Of a stretch of 64,000 nt of DNA, positions 30,342-39,954 are shown one piece after another. Both the position numbers and the translations under genes were made by a program. This stretch comes from Myxococcota bacterium (lineage in GTDB: Bacteria; Myxococcota_A; UBA9042; PHBI01; JAWLBL01). The stretch lies in NCBI GenBank assembly GCA_041687695.1, contig JAWLBL010000027.1, forward strand, positions 53,754 through 117,753, written 5' to 3'. The notes beneath the pieces were generated by a model. The model was not told the origin of the DNA and did no database searches. It saw nothing but the letters and a program-made list of their open reading frames with translations. Within the stretch, counting starts at the first letter, position 1. Each line of letters starts with the position of its first letter.

Positions 30342-31694
30342 ATGTTCACTCTGGTCATCGAAGACAAGAACGGCGCCGTCGCCGACGAGTACACGTTCGA
30401 GGACGGCGAGTTCCTGATCGGGCGCAGCCAGAGCGCCGACATCGTCCTGCCCTCGGACAACGTGTCGCGTCGCCACGCGCGGCTGTATACCGTCGACGGC
30501 AAGTGCTACATCGAGGACCTCGGCTCGGCCAACGGCGTGTTCGTCAACGGCCGGCGCATCCACGAGGTCTTCCCGATCGAGGGCTCGGCCCAGATCAAGG
30601 TCGGCGACTACTTCCTGCACATCGACAGCGACACGGCCAGCGCCGCGGCGCCCGTCGATCGCGTGCTGGTCAAGCTGCACGGGCAGAACCTGGCCTTCAC
30701 CGACCAGGTCTATCGCCTCGAGAAGGCGACGACGTTGGTGGGCCGCGGCAAGGACTGCGGCCTGACGCTCATCGATCCGAGCATCAGCCGCATCCACGCC
30801 AAGCTCACCTTCGAGCGCGGCGGCCGGCTGACCATCGAGGATCTCAAGAGCTCGAACGGCAGCTTCATCAACGGCGAGCGCATCACCACCGGGACGGCCG
30901 GGCACCGCGATACGGTGCGCTTCGGCAACGCCGACTTCATCGTCGAGATCCCCGAGGCCGCGCCCACGTCCTCGCCGACCGCCCGCGGGCGGCAGGCCTC
31001 GTCCGCCGACATGGCGGCCTGGGGTGCCCCGCCCAAGAAGTCGCGCACGGGACTGTGGGTCGGGCTGAGCGTCTTCTTCGTGCTGGTCATCGGCGGCGGC
31101 GCGACGTGGTTCTTCTTCGGCGACAAACTGTTCGGCAAGCCGCAGGCCGAGGAGGCCAAGTCGGCGACCGTCACGCCCGAGGACGAAAAGGCGCAGAAGG
31201 AGGCCGACAAGGCCAAGGAGGAGGCCGAGCTCAAGGCCGAGGAGATCCAGCTCCTGAGCGACCAGGGCACCGCGGCGGTCAAGGGCCGCGAGTGGGACAA
31301 GGCCCTGACCTCGTGGGAGGGCGTGCTCGAGCGCGATCCGCTCAACGAGACGGCCCAGAAGGCCATCAACCAGATAAAGACCTGGCAGAAGCACCAGGAG
31401 ACCCTCGAGTCGGCTCGCAAGCTCCGCAAGGACAAGAAGTACGCCGAGGCCGCCAAGGCCCTCCGCGAGATCGGCGAGGGCAGCGTCTACCACGCCGAGG
31501 CGCAAGAGGAGATCGGTCTCCTCGTCGAGATGAAGGGCTCCCTGGTCATGCAAGCCGACGCGATGGTCAAGTCGCGCGACTGCGACGGCGCCCTCAAGCT
31601 CTACAAGGAGGCGGTCGTCCTCGACCCCCGCGACGCGGTCCTCGTCGAGAAGATCAAGGACGTCGAGAAGCTGCCGGCGCGCAAGTGTAAGTAG
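30342..31694 (+). CDS. Double-FHA protein with a TM helix and TPR-like periplasmic domain
   Basis: Two FHA motifs (IGR..VSRRHA..DLGSANG; VGR..ISRIHA..DLKSSNG), one TM, then helical repeats. Confidence 0.88.
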   Translation: MFTLVIEDKNGAVADEYTFEDGEFLIGRSQSADIVLPSDNVSRRHARLYTVDGKCYIEDLGSANGVFVNGRRIHEVFPIEGSAQIKVGDYFLHIDSDTASAAAPVDRVLVKLHGQNLAFTDQVYRLEKATTLVGRGKDCGLTLIDPSISRIHAKLTFERGGRLTIEDLKSSNGSFINGERITTGTAGHRDTVRFGNADFIVEIPEAAPTSSPTARGRQASSADMAAWGAPPKKSRTGLWVGLSVFFVLVIGGGATWFFFGDKLFGKPQAEEAKSATVTPEDEKAQKEADKAKEEAELKAEEIQLLSDQGTAAVKGREWDKALTSWEGVLERDPLNETAQKAINQIKTWQKHQETLESARKLRKDKKYAEAAKALREIGEGSVYHAEAQEEIGLLVEMKGSLVMQADAMVKSRDCDGALKLYKEAVVLDPRDAVLVEKIKDVEKLPARKCK

Positions 31695-31713
31695 GCGAGT
31701 ACACGCCCGCCGC

Positions 31714-31750
<37 letters not shown>

Positions 31751-31788
31751 AGGCGGCTGAGTCTGAGCCTAGAGGCCGGTTTGGAGTG

Positions 31789-32798
31789 GGGGTAGCCTCC
31801 GCTCCGGCCGGCCTCGAGCGTTTTAGTCGCCTTGCGGCGACGAAAACGCTTGACCCCGTCCTCCGCTGCGGCTGGGGGCTGATATGGCCCGGAACGGGGC
31901 GTTCCGGGCCGCGGTGCGTCCCGTACGCCTCGGCGACTGGGCGCAGCCCTTACCTCGTCTCCCAGCCTGGCAACTTCCTCCGGGAATTAAACACCTAGCC
32001 AATTAGCCGTTCCGGGACGACGGGCTCGGCGAGGCTTCCGCCCCGGGGCGGGGCCATCGAACGCCCAGGTCATTGGTCGTCCCTGGACGAACGGCCTGCC
32101 TGGGCTTCCGCCCCGGGGCGGAGCAATTGGACGCCCATACAATTTGTCGTCCCGGGACGACGACGGACGCCTGAGCTTCCGCCCCGGGGCGGAGCCATGG
32201 AACAAGCAGCCAATGAGTCGTCCCGGGACGACGACGGACGCATGGACTTCCGCCCCGGGACGGAGCAATTCAACGCCCATACAATTAGTCGTCCCGGGAC
32301 GACGACAGCTGCCGGGACTTCCGCCCCGGGGCGGAAAGCAGAATCCAGGTTCTCGTACCGGGACGACGGTGCCCGCCAGCCGGGACTTCCGCCCCGGGGC
32401 GGAGAGCAGAATCCAGGTTCTCGTCCCGGAACGACGACGACCGCCTTTGGCCCTCCGCCCCGGGGCGGAGAGCAGAACACAGGTTCTCGTACTGGGACGG
32501 CGACGACCGCCTGGGCCTCCGCCCCGGGGCGGAGAGCAGAATCCAGGTTCTCGTACCGGGACGACGAACCTTCTCCTCCGCCCCGGCACGGAAGCCGTGA
32601 ACGCGTGAGCGTCGCATCTAGCGCAGGCTCCCAACTCGAGACACCCACGCCGGCCACCGGCCGGGACGCCCCGCGGCCCGGAAGGTCCCCTTCCGGGCCG
32701 ATATCGGCCCTCCAGCCGCAGCGGAGGGCGGGGTCAAGCGTTTTCGGCGCCGTCAGGCGACCAAAACGCTTGAGGCCGACCGGAGCGGAGGCTACTCC
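31789..32798. mobile_element. ~1 kb non-coding unit bounded by ~135-bp imperfect inverted repeats (MITE/REPIN-like)
   Basis: 31789-31923 matches the reverse complement of 32662-32798 over its whole length with scattered mismatches; no target duplication seen; no transposase in the window. Confidence 0.6.
31984..32592. repeat. Tandem array of 9 units (59-71 bp) with two alternating palindromes
   Basis: C(T/C)TCCGCCCCGGGGCGGAG at 32035, 32105, 32176, 32247, 32318, 32386, 32452, 32516 and 32575 (degenerate), alternating with GTCGTCCCGGGACGAC variants. Confidence 0.9.
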
Positions 32799-32844
32799 GA
32801 CCGACCCCACGACCCAAATCTGCGCCGCCAGCTTCCCAAGCAAG

Positions 32845-33245
32845 GAGCCCGCGCGAGCGCGGGCGTTCCAGCTTCCCCAACCAAGGAGCCCGCGCGAGCG
32901 CGGGCACTCCAGCTTCGCCAACCCATGAGCCCGCGCGAGCGCGGGCACTCCTAGCGGCGGAGAGCTGCAACCTGGTGGCGCGAAAGCCCGCGCGAGCGCG
33001 GGCACTCCAGCTTCGCCAACCCATGAGCCCGCGCGAGCGCGGGCACTCCTAGCGGCGGAGAGCTGCAACCTGGTGGCGCGAAAGCCCGCGCGAGCGCGGG
33101 CACTCCAGCTTCGCCAACCCATGAGCCCGCGCGAGCGCGGGCGCTCCTAGCGGCGGAGAGCTGCAACCTGGTGGCGCGAAAGCCCGCGCGAGCGCGGGCG
33201 CTCCAGCTTCGTCACCCCAAGAGCCCGCGCGAGCGCGGGCACTCC
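32845..33245. repeat. REP/BIME-like array: 9 copies of a GCCCGCG-CGAG-CGCGGGC hairpin
   Basis: Copies at about 32845, 32886, 32927, 32984, 33025, 33082, 33123, 33180 and 33221 (spacing 41,41,57,41,57,41,57,41); 98-bp higher-order unit. Confidence 0.9.
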
Positions 33246-33399
33246 AACCGGCGGAGAGCCTTGGCCTCTCACTCCGCGGTCTTCGGTTCGCCACGGCCAC
33301 GCTCTCGGCATCCTCGTCGCTCCCGAAACGCAAGAGGCCGAGCCCCCAAGTGGGACCCGGCCTCGGTGCGGACGGACCGTCCAGACGCCGCGCGGCGGC

Positions 33400-34023
33400 C
33401 TACTCGGCGTCGGGCTTGTTCACCTGCTTCTCGATGCGCTCGAGGAGGGCGTCGAAGCCGCTCTTCTTGACGATCTTGGAGAACTGACCGCGCCAGTTGA
33501 TGGCCATCGAGACGCCGTCGACGACGATGTCGCCGGCGCGCCACTCGAGCTTGCCGCCGACCTTCACGGGCTCGAAGAGGTAGTCGACGTCGGCGGCGGC
33601 CTTTTCGCCCGCGACGGTCGTCTTCACCTCGGCCTTGGCGCCGTCGTCGGCGAAGACCGTGTCGCCGCGGTAGGAGACGGTGAACTGGGCCTTGGGCTTG
33701 AAGCGCTTGGCGTAGTTCTTGATGACGAGGCGCCGGAAGAGGGCCTTGAACTTCGCCTGCTGCTCGGGGGTGATCTCGTCCCAGGTGGCGCGCAGGGTCT
33801 TCTTGGAGAAGGCGTCGTAGTCGACCAGGGCGTCGAAGTGGCCGGTGATGTCCTCGACGAGCTTGTCGCGGGTGGTCGCCGCGTCGACCGACTGCTTGAT
33901 GACCGCGTAGGCGCGGTCGACGTTCGCCTTGGGGTCGCCCGCGGGCTTGTCGGCGGCGGAGGCGACGCCGGCGAGGCCGAGGACGAACAGGGCGAGGAGG
34001 ACGGCGGGGAACACCTTGCGCAT
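33400..34023 (-). CDS. mlaC: MlaC/Ttg2D family periplasmic lipid-binding protein
   Basis: Signal peptide; VDY..FS..TL...W....PEQ...F..LF; VDY; W...DIVVDGVS....WR.QF..I. Confidence 0.85.
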   Translation of the reverse strand: MRKVFPAVLLALFVLGLAGVASAADKPAGDPKANVDRAYAVIKQSVDAATTRDKLVEDITGHFDALVDYDAFSKKTLRATWDEITPEQQAKFKALFRRLVIKNYAKRFKPKAQFTVSYRGDTVFADDGAKAEVKTTVAGEKAAADVDYLFEPVKVGGKLEWRAGDIVVDGVSMAINWRGQFSKIVKKSGFDALLERIEKQVNKPDAE

Positions 34024-34084
34024 GGGGAGGACTCCTTGGGGTCGGGCTCGGACAGCGCGTCGGACGGCGGCGGGCCGCCGAGAT

Positions 34085-35497
34085 TCAATCCTGCGTGGCC
34101 TGCGGGGCCTGCGGGGGCTCGGCGGGCGCGAGCTGAGTGATGTCGGCGCCGACCGCCTGGCTCAGCTCCCAGACGAGCACGTTGTGTTCGTGCACGTTCT
34201 GAAGCCAGGCGACCTTCTTGCTGTAGAACTGCACGAGCGCGTCCATCACGTCTCGAAAGCTGCCGAAGCCGGCGTCGTAGAGATCCCAGTTCGCGGTCAG
34301 CCAGCCCTGGGCGGACCGCTGCGCCTGCGCGTAAACCTCGATGAGGGCGCGTTTGTTCTCGAGCCTCTGATGAAGCTCGCGGACCTTCAGCTCCTGCAGG
34401 TCGCGCGCGACCACCGCCTCTTGCGCGGCCTTGTCGGCCTGGGCCGAGGCCTCGTCGGCGCGGAGCAGGCGCTGGTGGATGTCGAGGTTCCAGCGCAGGC
34501 CGACGATGCCGCCGACCGACCGCGCGTGGTAGGGGTCGTTGGCGAACGAGGTCGGCTGGTCCTCGGCGACGTTGCTGTCGGCGAGGCGCGCCTCGCCCGC
34601 GAGCACGAGGTCCGGCCACAGCTCGGCCCGCTTGTTGTCCGCGAGGGCGCGCCGCGCCCCGGCCGCCGCGCGCGCCATGCGCTGCTTCGGGTCGTTGCCC
34701 TTGGCCACCGCCCAGTACCGGTCGGCCGACAGCAGCGTCACGGCGATGGGCTGGAGGGAGTCGGCCGCCAGGGCCACCGGGGCGTCGCTGGGGCGCGACA
34801 GCAGCAGGCGCAGCCCCTGCCCGGACATCGTGGCGAGCAGGCGGTTGTCGGTCTCGAGCTGGTAGAACTCGGCGACGCGCGTCTTCAGGCGCAGGTGCTC
34901 GAGCTGGTCGTAGTCGTCCGAGTCCTCGGCGCGCTGCCGCTCCATGCGCTCCTCGGCGCGGGAGATCCACTTGTTGCCCTCGACCAGGATGGCGTCGAGC
35001 TCGCGCGCGAGCAGCGCGCCGTAGTAGGCCTGGGCGGCGCGGACGCGGAGCTCCCAGCGGGCGACGTCGACCTGCGCGCGGCCGACGGCGACGCCGTGGC
35101 GCGCGGCCTCGCGCAGGCTGGAGATCTTGCCGAAGGTCCACAGCGGCTGGACCATCGTCACGTTGACGCGCCAGACATAGCCCCAGCGGTCGAAGTTGAC
35201 CTCGCTCTCGAGGGCGTTGCCCCGCAGCTCGGGCATCGGGGCGGCGCCGGCCTCGAGCCGGAAGGTCGGCAGGATCGCCCAGCGCGCCTGCGCCATCTTG
35301 GCCTGGAAGTCGTCGAGCCCGGCGCGGGCCGCGCGCATCAGCGGGCTGGTGCGCTCGATCTCGGTGACGAGCGCGTCCCAGGTGTAGCCGGCTTCGGCCG
35401 GCGGCACCTCGACGTAGGTCTCGGCCCGGCTCGCGTGCGGAGCCGCGATGACGGCGAGCGCGGTAGCGGCGATGGTGACGAACAGGGCGTGCTTCAA
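34085..35497 (-). CDS. TolC family outer membrane protein
   Basis: Signal peptide; SP.MRAA, QPLWTFGKI, AQAYY..LLA, GLRWNLD, YDAG. Start re-set to TTG at 35497 after GAGGT. Confidence 0.85.
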   Translation of the reverse strand: MKHALFVTIAATALAVIAAPHASRAETYVEVPPAEAGYTWDALVTEIERTSPLMRAARAGLDDFQAKMAQARWAILPTFRLEAGAAPMPELRGNALESEVNFDRWGYVWRVNVTMVQPLWTFGKISSLREAARHGVAVGRAQVDVARWELRVRAAQAYYGALLARELDAILVEGNKWISRAEERMERQRAEDSDDYDQLEHLRLKTRVAEFYQLETDNRLLATMSGQGLRLLLSRPSDAPVALAADSLQPIAVTLLSADRYWAVAKGNDPKQRMARAAAGARRALADNKRAELWPDLVLAGEARLADSNVAEDQPTSFANDPYHARSVGGIVGLRWNLDIHQRLLRADEASAQADKAAQEAVVARDLQELKVRELHQRLENKRALIEVYAQAQRSAQGWLTANWDLYDAGFGSFRDVMDALVQFYSKKVAWLQNVHEHNVLVWELSQAVGADITQLAPAEPPQAPQATQD

Positions 35498-35617
35498 CGT
35501 GACCTCGAGGTCGCGGACCGGCCGGGTCGGCCCGGCGCCGCCGGAACACAAGCAAGACTCGGGCGGCGGGTCAACCGCGACGAGGACGGAAAGGCGCGGG
35601 AGGCGCCGGCGAGACGC

Positions 35618-37141
35618 TCAGCGCAGGGGCGCCTTGAGGCGCAGCAGCTGGCGCGTGGCGGCCAGGGTCTGCTCGGCGCCGAAGAACGCGCCCTCGAAGC
35701 CGAGGCCGCCGTACAGGGCGTCACCCGCGAGCAGGACGTTGTCGTAGGGGGTGGCCGGCGCGAGGGCGCTGGCGTCCAGGGTCATCGGGGCCGGCCGCTC
35801 GTAGACGGGCGCCAGCTCGTGCGGGTCGAGCATCGGCTGGCCGGAGCCGCGCTCGACGGTGAGGGCCGGCGTGTCGATGACGCGCAGGTGGTCCGACAGC
35901 CAGGGGATGAAGGCCTGCAGGCGCTCGACGACGCGGTCGGTCAGGCGTCGGGCGCCGCCGACCGTGGGGCCGAGGCCGGTGGTCGCCATCAGGGCCGAGA
36001 CCTGCAGCGTGCCAGGCCCCGGGCGGCCGTCGCGCTCGCCGAAGCTGCCGTCGGGGGCACGGGTGACCCATAGGGCGTTGTCGCCGGTGAGGGGCGCCGC
36101 GGGATCGGCGATGAGCACGACGTCACCCGCCATGCCGCGCGGGATGACGCGCGGGTCGACGGCCAGGTTGACGGTCAGGCGCCAGGCCGAGACCGGCAGC
36201 GACGTCAGCGTGGCGTGGAAGCGGCCGATGCGCTTGTCGGTGGGGATGAGCTGGAAGACGCGGCGCGGGTCGGCGTTGACGACGAGCAGCTCGCAGCCGA
36301 GGGTCTCGCCGGTGCCGGCCAGGCGGACCTCTTTCACGCGGCCGCGGCGCAGGACGATCTCGTCGACCAGATCGTGGGGGCGGTGGTCGCCGCACTGGTC
36401 GACGAGCTTGCGCAGGAACATGGCCTTGAGGCCGTCGAGGCCGTCGCCGAGGCGGTACAGGCCGCCGCGCAGGTGCGTCCAGAGGCGGGCTGTGGGGAGC
36501 GCGCCGAGGCCGAGCGGACGGGAGCCGTCGTGGACGCCGGCGAGGTGCAGGAGCGGGGCGGCCACCAGGGCGCGCGAGAGCGGGTGCGCGGCGACGCTGG
36601 CCACCGGCGCGGGGTCGGGGGCGTCGTCGAGCAGATCGTGGGCGGCCCCGGCGGCGGCGCGGTAGCGGCCGGCGGCGCGCCAGCCGGTCATCGGGTACAG
36701 GTGATCGGCGCGCAGGGCCGGGTCGGCGTCGCGGGCGCGCTCGGCCGCCCAGGCGTCGAAGGAGGTCAGCCGGTCGGGGTCGAGATCGGCCGCCACCTCG
36801 CGGTCCAGCTCGCGGCGCCAGCGCTCGTCGTGGCTGGTGAGGTCGAGGCGGCGGTCGGGCAGGACGAGCTGCAGCACCGGGTCGGTGGCGCAGGGGCGGC
36901 CCTTGAGCTCCATGGCGAGCGACAGCTCGGAGAGGACCTGGCCCACGACCTGAGAGGTGGCGAAGCCGTAGAAGCGCTCGGGCTGGCGCAGGAAGACGTG
37001 GCCCTCGTGGCGGTAGAGGTTCGGGCGGGCGCCCTGCCCGAGCACGGCCACGCGGTAGCCGGCGCGCGAGGCGAGCGCCGCGTAGACGAGGCCGCCCAGG
37101 TCCGTCCCGAGCACGATGATGTGGTACCAGGCGCTGCTCAT
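35618..37141 (-). CDS. Phytoene-desaturase-like FAD/NAD(P)-binding protein (divergent)
   Basis: N-terminal IIVLGTDLGGL..AAL...GYRVAVL Rossmann-like motif; C-terminal TPYDNVLLAGD..YGGLGFEG. Confidence 0.7.
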   Translation of the reverse strand: MSSAWYHIIVLGTDLGGLVYAALASRAGYRVAVLGQGARPNLYRHEGHVFLRQPERFYGFATSQVVGQVLSELSLAMELKGRPCATDPVLQLVLPDRRLDLTSHDERWRRELDREVAADLDPDRLTSFDAWAAERARDADPALRADHLYPMTGWRAAGRYRAAAGAAHDLLDDAPDPAPVASVAAHPLSRALVAAPLLHLAGVHDGSRPLGLGALPTARLWTHLRGGLYRLGDGLDGLKAMFLRKLVDQCGDHRPHDLVDEIVLRRGRVKEVRLAGTGETLGCELLVVNADPRRVFQLIPTDKRIGRFHATLTSLPVSAWRLTVNLAVDPRVIPRGMAGDVVLIADPAAPLTGDNALWVTRAPDGSFGERDGRPGPGTLQVSALMATTGLGPTVGGARRLTDRVVERLQAFIPWLSDHLRVIDTPALTVERGSGQPMLDPHELAPVYERPAPMTLDASALAPATPYDNVLLAGDALYGGLGFEGAFFGAEQTLAATRQLLRLKAPLR

Positions 37142-37794
37142 GGGGTGGGGGCCTGGGGGAGGGGCGGCAGGAGGTCGGCGCGCAGGGCCGGGTCGGCGAA
37201 GGCGGCGTGATCGCCGTCGAGGCGGACGGCGCCGCGGGCGACGGCGTCGAGGGCGCGCGCGTACAGCGCGTGCTCGGCCGTCTGGATGCGCTGGCCGAGG
37301 CTGTCGGGGGTGTCGGCCCGGTGGACCGGGACGGCGCGGCGGGCGATGGCGGGGCCGGTGTCGACGCCCTCGTCGACGAAGTGGACGGTGCAGCCGGTGA
37401 ACGGGGCGCCGGCGGCCAGGGCCTGGCCGATGGCGTCGCGGCCCGGGAAGGCGGGCAGCAGCGAGGGGTGGACGTTGACCAGGCGGCCGCGCCAGCGGGC
37501 GATGAAGGCGCGGGGGAGGATGCGCATGAAGCCGGCGAGGGCGACGAGGTCGACGGCGTGGGCGTCGAGGGCCGCGAGGAGGGCGGCGCACCAGGCGCGG
37601 CGGGAGGGGTGGTCGGCCGGGGCGACGACCTGGGTCGGGACCCGGGCGGCGGCGGCGCGGGCGAGGCCGGCGGCGCCGGGGACGTCGGAGACGACGAGGG
37701 CGGGCTGGGCGGCGAGGCGTCCGGCGGCGTGGGCGTCGAGCAGGGCCTGCAGGTTGGTGCCCCGGCCGCTGATGAGGACGGCGAGGCGTGGCAT
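37138..37794 (-). CDS. purN: Phosphoribosylglycinamide formyltransferase
   Basis: VLISGRGTNLQAL, LAGFMRIL, NVHPSLLPAFPG, GCTVHFVDEGVDTG. Confidence 0.96.
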   Translation of the reverse strand: MPRLAVLISGRGTNLQALLDAHAAGRLAAQPALVVSDVPGAAGLARAAAARVPTQVVAPADHPSRRAWCAALLAALDAHAVDLVALAGFMRILPRAFIARWRGRLVNVHPSLLPAFPGRDAIGQALAAGAPFTGCTVHFVDEGVDTGPAIARRAVPVHRADTPDSLGQRIQTAEHALYARALDAVARGAVRLDGDHAAFADPALRADLLPPLPQAPTP

Positions 37795-38807
37795 CACGGG
37801 GCCTGGACGACCTCGCCGATGACGGTGGCGGCCTCGCCGGCCGCGGCGAGCGTGGCCTGCACGTCCGGGGCGGCGTCGCGCGCGACGATGAGGACGTAGC
37901 CGATGCCCAGGTTGAAGGTGCGGCGCATCTCGTCCTCGGCGACGCCGGCCGAGCGGATGAGTCCGAACAGGGCCGGCTCGGGCCAGGCGCCGTAGTCGAG
38001 GCGGACGGCCAGGCCGTCGGGGACGGCGCGCGGGACGTTGTCGACGAGGCCGCCGCCGGTGATGTGGGCCATGCCGTGGATGGCGTCCCGGTGGGCGTCG
38101 AGGGCGTGGAGGACCGGCCGCACGTAGATGCGGGTCGGGGTGAGCATGGCCTGGCCCAGCGGGGCGTCCAGACCGGGGAGGCTGGCGTCGAGCGGGTGGC
38201 CGAGCTGCTCGAGCAGGGCCTTGCGGGCGAGGCTCAGGCCGTTGGAGTGCAGGCCCGAGGAGGGCAGGCCGAGCAGGATGTCGCCGGCGGCGACGCGATC
38301 GCGGCGCATCTGGCGGTCGCGCTCGACGGCGCCGACGCAGAAGCCGGCGAGATCGTACTCGCCGTCGGCGTACATGCCGGGCAGCTCGGCCGTCTCGCCG
38401 CCGAGCAGGGCGCAGCCGGCCTGGGCGCAGCCGGCGGCGACGCCGCGGATGACGGCCTCGGCGGTGTCGACGTCGAGGCGGCCGGAGGCGAAGTAGTCGA
38501 GGAAGAAGAGGGGCTGCGCGCCGAGGGTGAGCACGTCGTTGACGCACATGGCGACCAGATCGATGCCGACCGTGTCGTGAATGCCCGTGGCGAAGGCGAG
38601 CTTGAGCTTGGTGCCGACGCCGTCGGTGCCGCTGACGAGGACCGGGTCCGAGAAGCCCGCCTCCTTGAGGCCGAACAGGCCGCCGAAGCCGCCGATCTCG
38701 TCGAGGACGCCGGCGCGGCGGGTGGCGGCGGCGAGCGGGCGGATGCGGCGGACGAGCTCGTTGCCCGCGTCGATGTCGACGCCGGCGTCGCGGTAGGTGA
38801 GGCTCAT
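37794..38807 (-). CDS. purM: Phosphoribosylformylglycinamidine cyclo-ligase
   Basis: [64 protein letters not shown]. Confidence 0.97.
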   Translation of the reverse strand: MSLTYRDAGVDIDAGNELVRRIRPLAAATRRAGVLDEIGGFGGLFGLKEAGFSDPVLVSGTDGVGTKLKLAFATGIHDTVGIDLVAMCVNDVLTLGAQPLFFLDYFASGRLDVDTAEAVIRGVAAGCAQAGCALLGGETAELPGMYADGEYDLAGFCVGAVERDRQMRRDRVAAGDILLGLPSSGLHSNGLSLARKALLEQLGHPLDASLPGLDAPLGQAMLTPTRIYVRPVLHALDAHRDAIHGMAHITGGGLVDNVPRAVPDGLAVRLDYGAWPEPALFGLIRSAGVAEDEMRRTFNLGIGYVLIVARDAAPDVQATLAAAGEAATVIGEVVQAP

Positions 38808-38951
38808 GGGCGCGGGTCTCCGGGTGCGAGGCGGCGGGTGTATAGCATACGGGCCGCGGGCGCCGAAGGAATCCACCGGAGGGGCCGCGACATGGTAGGC
38901 TGGCGTGCGCGGCTGGGGTGCCGCGGGGCCGCGGGGCGGCCGGAGGCGACG

Positions 38952-39890
38952 ATGAGGCAGGCGGGTCGGTGGCGCTGGGCGAGGATCGTGGGGGTCGGGG
39001 CGGCGTGCCTGCTGGCGCCGGTGGTGACGGTGGGCTGTGACGCGGGGAGCGTGGCGGACGGCGCGCGCGTCGAAGCGCCGGGGGGCGTGCCAGCGCGGGC
39101 GACCGACGGGCGGCCGTTCTTCGGGGCGGTGGCGGTGGCGGAGCGCGACGACTCGGTGGCGCCGCCGATGGCGGCGGGGCGGGAGATCGACCACGCGCGG
39201 GCCGCGTGGGATCTGGTGAACGGGCCGTGGCGCGCCGCGATGGTGGCGCGGGACGCCGAGGCGCTGCGCAGGCTGCTGCACGATCAGTTCAAGGGGACCC
39301 TGCCGGGCGAGGACGAGTCGATGGGGCCCGACCTGTGGGCGCAGCGGCGGACGACCGGCGAGGAGGCGGTCACGGACGTGAAGGTGCTGGCGCCGCGGCT
39401 GGAGCTGAAGGGCGGGCCGCTGAACTTCATCACGATCCACTTCGTCGAGCAGGTCGAGACGGAGGCGGGGTGCCTGCTGGCCGATCGCATCATGAACACG
39501 CGGGCCGACGACGGGGGGCCGACGCGGGTCTGGCACGAGCAGGTGGCGAACGTGAGGCCGTGCCTGACGCTGGCGCGGACGGAGCTGGCGGCGTTCCACG
39601 AGGGGCTGCGCCGGACGATCGGCGGGCCGAACCCCGAGCAGGCGCGGCTGGACGTGTCGAGCCTGGTGGTGTGGGACTACGGGGTGAAGGTCGACGAGAT
39701 GGACGTCGGCAAGCTGCTGGGGGGCGGCGGCGGGTGGGTGCGCGAGCGGCTGCTGGCCAGCGAGGCCGACGACGACACGACGACGGTGCTGGGCGAGACG
39801 GGGCTGGTGGCGCTCGAGGGCGGCGGGGCGCTGCTGTACGAGAAGCGGACGGGGCGGTGGCACCTCGCGGGGGTCTTGAGAGGGCTGTAG
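38952..39890 (+). CDS. Hypothetical lipoprotein (possible NTF2-like domain)
   Basis: ATG after GGAGG; VTVGC lipobox-like motif; W..AM.ARD..AL..LL.D.F.G helix pattern. Confidence 0.65.
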   Translation: MRQAGRWRWARIVGVGAACLLAPVVTVGCDAGSVADGARVEAPGGVPARATDGRPFFGAVAVAERDDSVAPPMAAGREIDHARAAWDLVNGPWRAAMVARDAEALRRLLHDQFKGTLPGEDESMGPDLWAQRRTTGEEAVTDVKVLAPRLELKGGPLNFITIHFVEQVETEAGCLLADRIMNTRADDGGPTRVWHEQVANVRPCLTLARTELAAFHEGLRRTIGGPNPEQARLDVSSLVVWDYGVKVDEMDVGKLLGGGGGWVRERLLASEADDDTTTVLGETGLVALEGGGALLYEKRTGRWHLAGVLRGL

Positions 39891-39954
39891 GGTCGGGTAC
39901 AGTGGGGGCCTGCACGACATCATCGGCGACAACGTCCGCGTGACGGAGGCGAGG

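Noticed and set aside
30333-30343. CGCTTACCGAT shared with 53527-53537
   Set aside because: A single 11-bp match in different contexts; the full palindrome is present only at 53521, so chance cannot be excluded.
31984-33245. CRISPR array interpretation of either repeat array
   Set aside because: The linkers are homologous or identical to each other rather than unique spacers, the repeat cores are short perfect palindromes, and there are no cas genes or clear leader.
31786-33544. ORFs called across the repeat block (e.g. 32070..33122 -, 31987..32634 -, 32197..32928 +)
   Set aside because: The translations simply mirror the DNA repeats in several frames, with no host-like codon pattern or protein motifs.
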